A stretch of 64,000 nt of DNA from Eutreptiella sp. 'Long Island Sound 2002'. Lineage: Eukaryota; Protista; Euglenida. The stretch covers positions 20,336,001 to 20,400,000 of the forward strand of contig OZ038379.1 of assembly GCA_964036045.1 (NCBI GenBank). Direction: 5' to 3'. Positions 61,948 to 64,000 of this stretch are shown here, one piece after another (within the stretch, counting starts at the first letter, position 1; every line of letters begins with the position of its first letter). The notes below the pieces were generated by a model. It was not told the origin of the DNA. It ran no database searches and saw nothing but the letters and a program-made list of their open reading frames with translations. The position numbers and the translations under genes are program-made.

Positions 61948-62695
61948 TCCCCCCCAATTGTATGCCCCACAAGTACCAAAAACTTTGGTGGCGTGGGACA
62001 TCAAATGGTTCGGTGCGTCCCCTGAGAACGAGGCAGACGACTGTGCAATCCCTGCTGTCTGGCCCCTGATCCTTGTGCCCCAGTCCTCTGCACCCCGACC
62101 ACTGGCCCCCTGTTCCCTGGGGAAGTACTTGCGCTGGGCGCACGTTTTGAGGTGGTTGTGGCAGGAACGGCCAGTTTGGGTCCCACGACCAATTCCCGCC
62201 ATGCGATTCCGACATTTGGTTGGCGACGAGGTTGCGGAAGGGACGTATGGCGTGCACTGCCGCGCCGGCACGGTCAGCTGCCGAAGACTTGGCTGAAGAA
62301 GCCCGAGATCACCAGGTCAAGGGGTTGAGGGGGGTGGTCCATAAAGGCAGCCTTGGGCACGGCTCGGCAGAGGTGTGCACACATCGGTCAGGCTGCCATA
62401 TCCCCCGTTCTGTGGTCCGGGCTGTACATCGTCACCCTCGAATCGAGGGCGGTTTTGGTGCCTGTCCATTGGCTGATGCGGTCATTGCATCCGCCGACTT
62501 TGCCCGCACCCCCGTTGGAGAGCCCTTAGGACTTTCCGCCACGTCACCTTTTCCCGAAACGCCGCTTCCGCGGTATAATGCCATTGCGACGGCGTGACGC
62601 TTGCCGGCGGGCCCGGCGCCGCGCCGAAACTCATTTCGGGTAAGTCCAGGGCGCTGCTGTTTCGCTGGGCCATTTCTCCGCTGTGTCATTCGCAG

Positions 62696-63114
62696 GCGGG
62701 TCTTTCCGATGCCCTGACTTGGAGTGAATCCCAACAGTCCATGAGGGTCTCCGTCTCAGTGAAAGAGGGGCTCCGGCCGGACGGGAGTCCCCAAGTGGTG
62801 CGTGCTCACAACTTCAACCGAAGTCATCAATCATCAAAGTCAAGCCTCAGCCACAGCCACGCATCCATCAGACGAGTGGTCGCCGGCTCGGTCAGCAGCA
62901 TGATCAGCCGCAGCAGCTCTACAGACAGCGCATGCAGCGCCTGTTCCAACCACACCACACAAGCGTCTGTGCAGCAGCAAGCAATTCGAAGCCCGAAGTG
63001 CTATAAAGTGAGGAGCCGGCGCACGCTGCCCCTCAATTTAGACCTGGGACTGACGAAGGTCGCCGCCACAATTCTACGCGTCCAGCTTCATCGGATTCCC
63101 TTTAGTGACTGCAG
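62696..63114 (+). CDS. Probable exon 3 of the MHYT gene (Ser-rich linker and start of a cyclase-like domain)
   Basis: Phase-0 acceptor ttcgcag at 62695 matches the exon 2 donor; ends LDLGLTKVAATILRVQL. The 3' donor is uncertain. Confidence 0.55.
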
Positions 63115-64000
63115 GTCTCGCAGACATCTCCCACCAAGATCTCTTGCCGCTCACCACCTGTCCACTTCCTGCCATACCCTGGCTGGCCATCTTTGAGCCT
63201 CCCCCACCTCTTCAGCACACTTCCTGAACTCTCGCCGCCTGCCGGACCTCTTATGCGATTCCCAGACGTCGTGCAGCCTCTCCCATTGTCACCTCCTTCA
63301 GACTTGTCCTAGCCTTTGCCAAACGCTTCCAGTTCCCCTCTGCTGCCCTGGGCCCTGCGGAGCGAAGTTTGGAGGGTGCTCTCCACCACTGATGTGGAAG
63401 TTGTACCTGCGGGCTCTGGGTCATGTCAGTGCTGCGTTGCATTTCCAAACATTTCGCCCATAGTGTCGCCAGTGGAGTGTGCTGCCTGTGCTACAGGCCG
63501 TGCGGCCCCAACGTTCTGTTCTCGGGCTGAAGGCCTGTGGACCCTGAACTCCGAGTGCGGAGCCGTGACTCATAGCCCTCTCCCAGAGCTCACTCTTTCT
63601 CTTTCACCCTCTCCGAGACGTCTTCCGGAGCTCACCTGCCCTTTCCACTCTTCTCTCCCAGGAACACAGAGCATGCCATAACGCATTTTCTACTGAACCT
63701 CCATGAACACGTCAATGAGAACAATGGGCTGGTGGTCAGCTGCACGGGTGATCAGGCTTTGGCCGTGTGGAAGGCACGGAACCCTCTGGCGGCGCTAACC
63801 TGTGCGATGGCGCTACAGCAGGCGCTCAATACAAAGGGTCAGTCCCACACTCAGGTGCATTGCCTTGTCGACAGAGCAGAGGGAGGAGGTACGGGCTCCG
63901 CTCACCGTCACCACCATCCCCCCAACCTGATCCAAACAACCCCCAGCTTTGTTCGAACGGCGCCAACAGGCGCCAGCACCCCTCCCTGGATCACTGAGAG

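Noticed and set aside
55908-63114. Euglenid non-conventional introns in the MHYT gene
   Set aside because: Both confidently placed introns have phase-compatible GT-AG ends, so no non-canonical junction is needed.

Overview
Eukaryotic, transposon-dense nuclear DNA, very probably from a euglenid: two relics of the euglenid spliced-leader (SL) sequence lie at 28041-28064 (+) and 43170-43197 (-). 1-20.6 kb is a stack of Ty3/Gypsy LTR retrotransposons. One is intact and young (7607-19021: near-identical LTRs, TATAC target duplication, PBS, PPT, gag, PR-RT-RH-INT-chromodomain). 20.9-24.6 kb is a decayed DIRS tyrosine-recombinase retroelement. 27.9-36.2 kb is a nest: an inverted-repeat element holds an SL-headed retrocopy, a Penelope-like element (N-terminal GIY-YIG, then RT) is inserted in it, and a second Penelope fragment is inserted in that. 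Likely host genes are an intronless 2OG-Fe(II) dioxygenase-FkbM methyltransferase fusion with a euglenid plastid-type presequence (36983-38965), an orphan ORF (46761-48041) and a spliced MHYT-domain sensor, probably cyclase-linked (55908 onward). DNA transposon remnants (hAT, Harbinger/IS5-like, Transib/RAG1-like, possibly piggyBac), MITEs and a LINE RNase H fragment fill the rest. Highlights: (i) DNA N6-adenine methyltransferase-like domains between protease and RT in two Gypsy families, alongside one in DIRS and possibly one in the Penelope element; (ii) two covarying type II hammerhead ribozymes with self-complementary stem I at Penelope 3' ends, with very long (75 and 217 bp) flanking duplications; (iii) in-frame gag-stop-pol junctions in both Gypsy families; (iv) the dioxygenase-methyltransferase fusion. 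All domain calls come from motifs read by eye; no database search was run.
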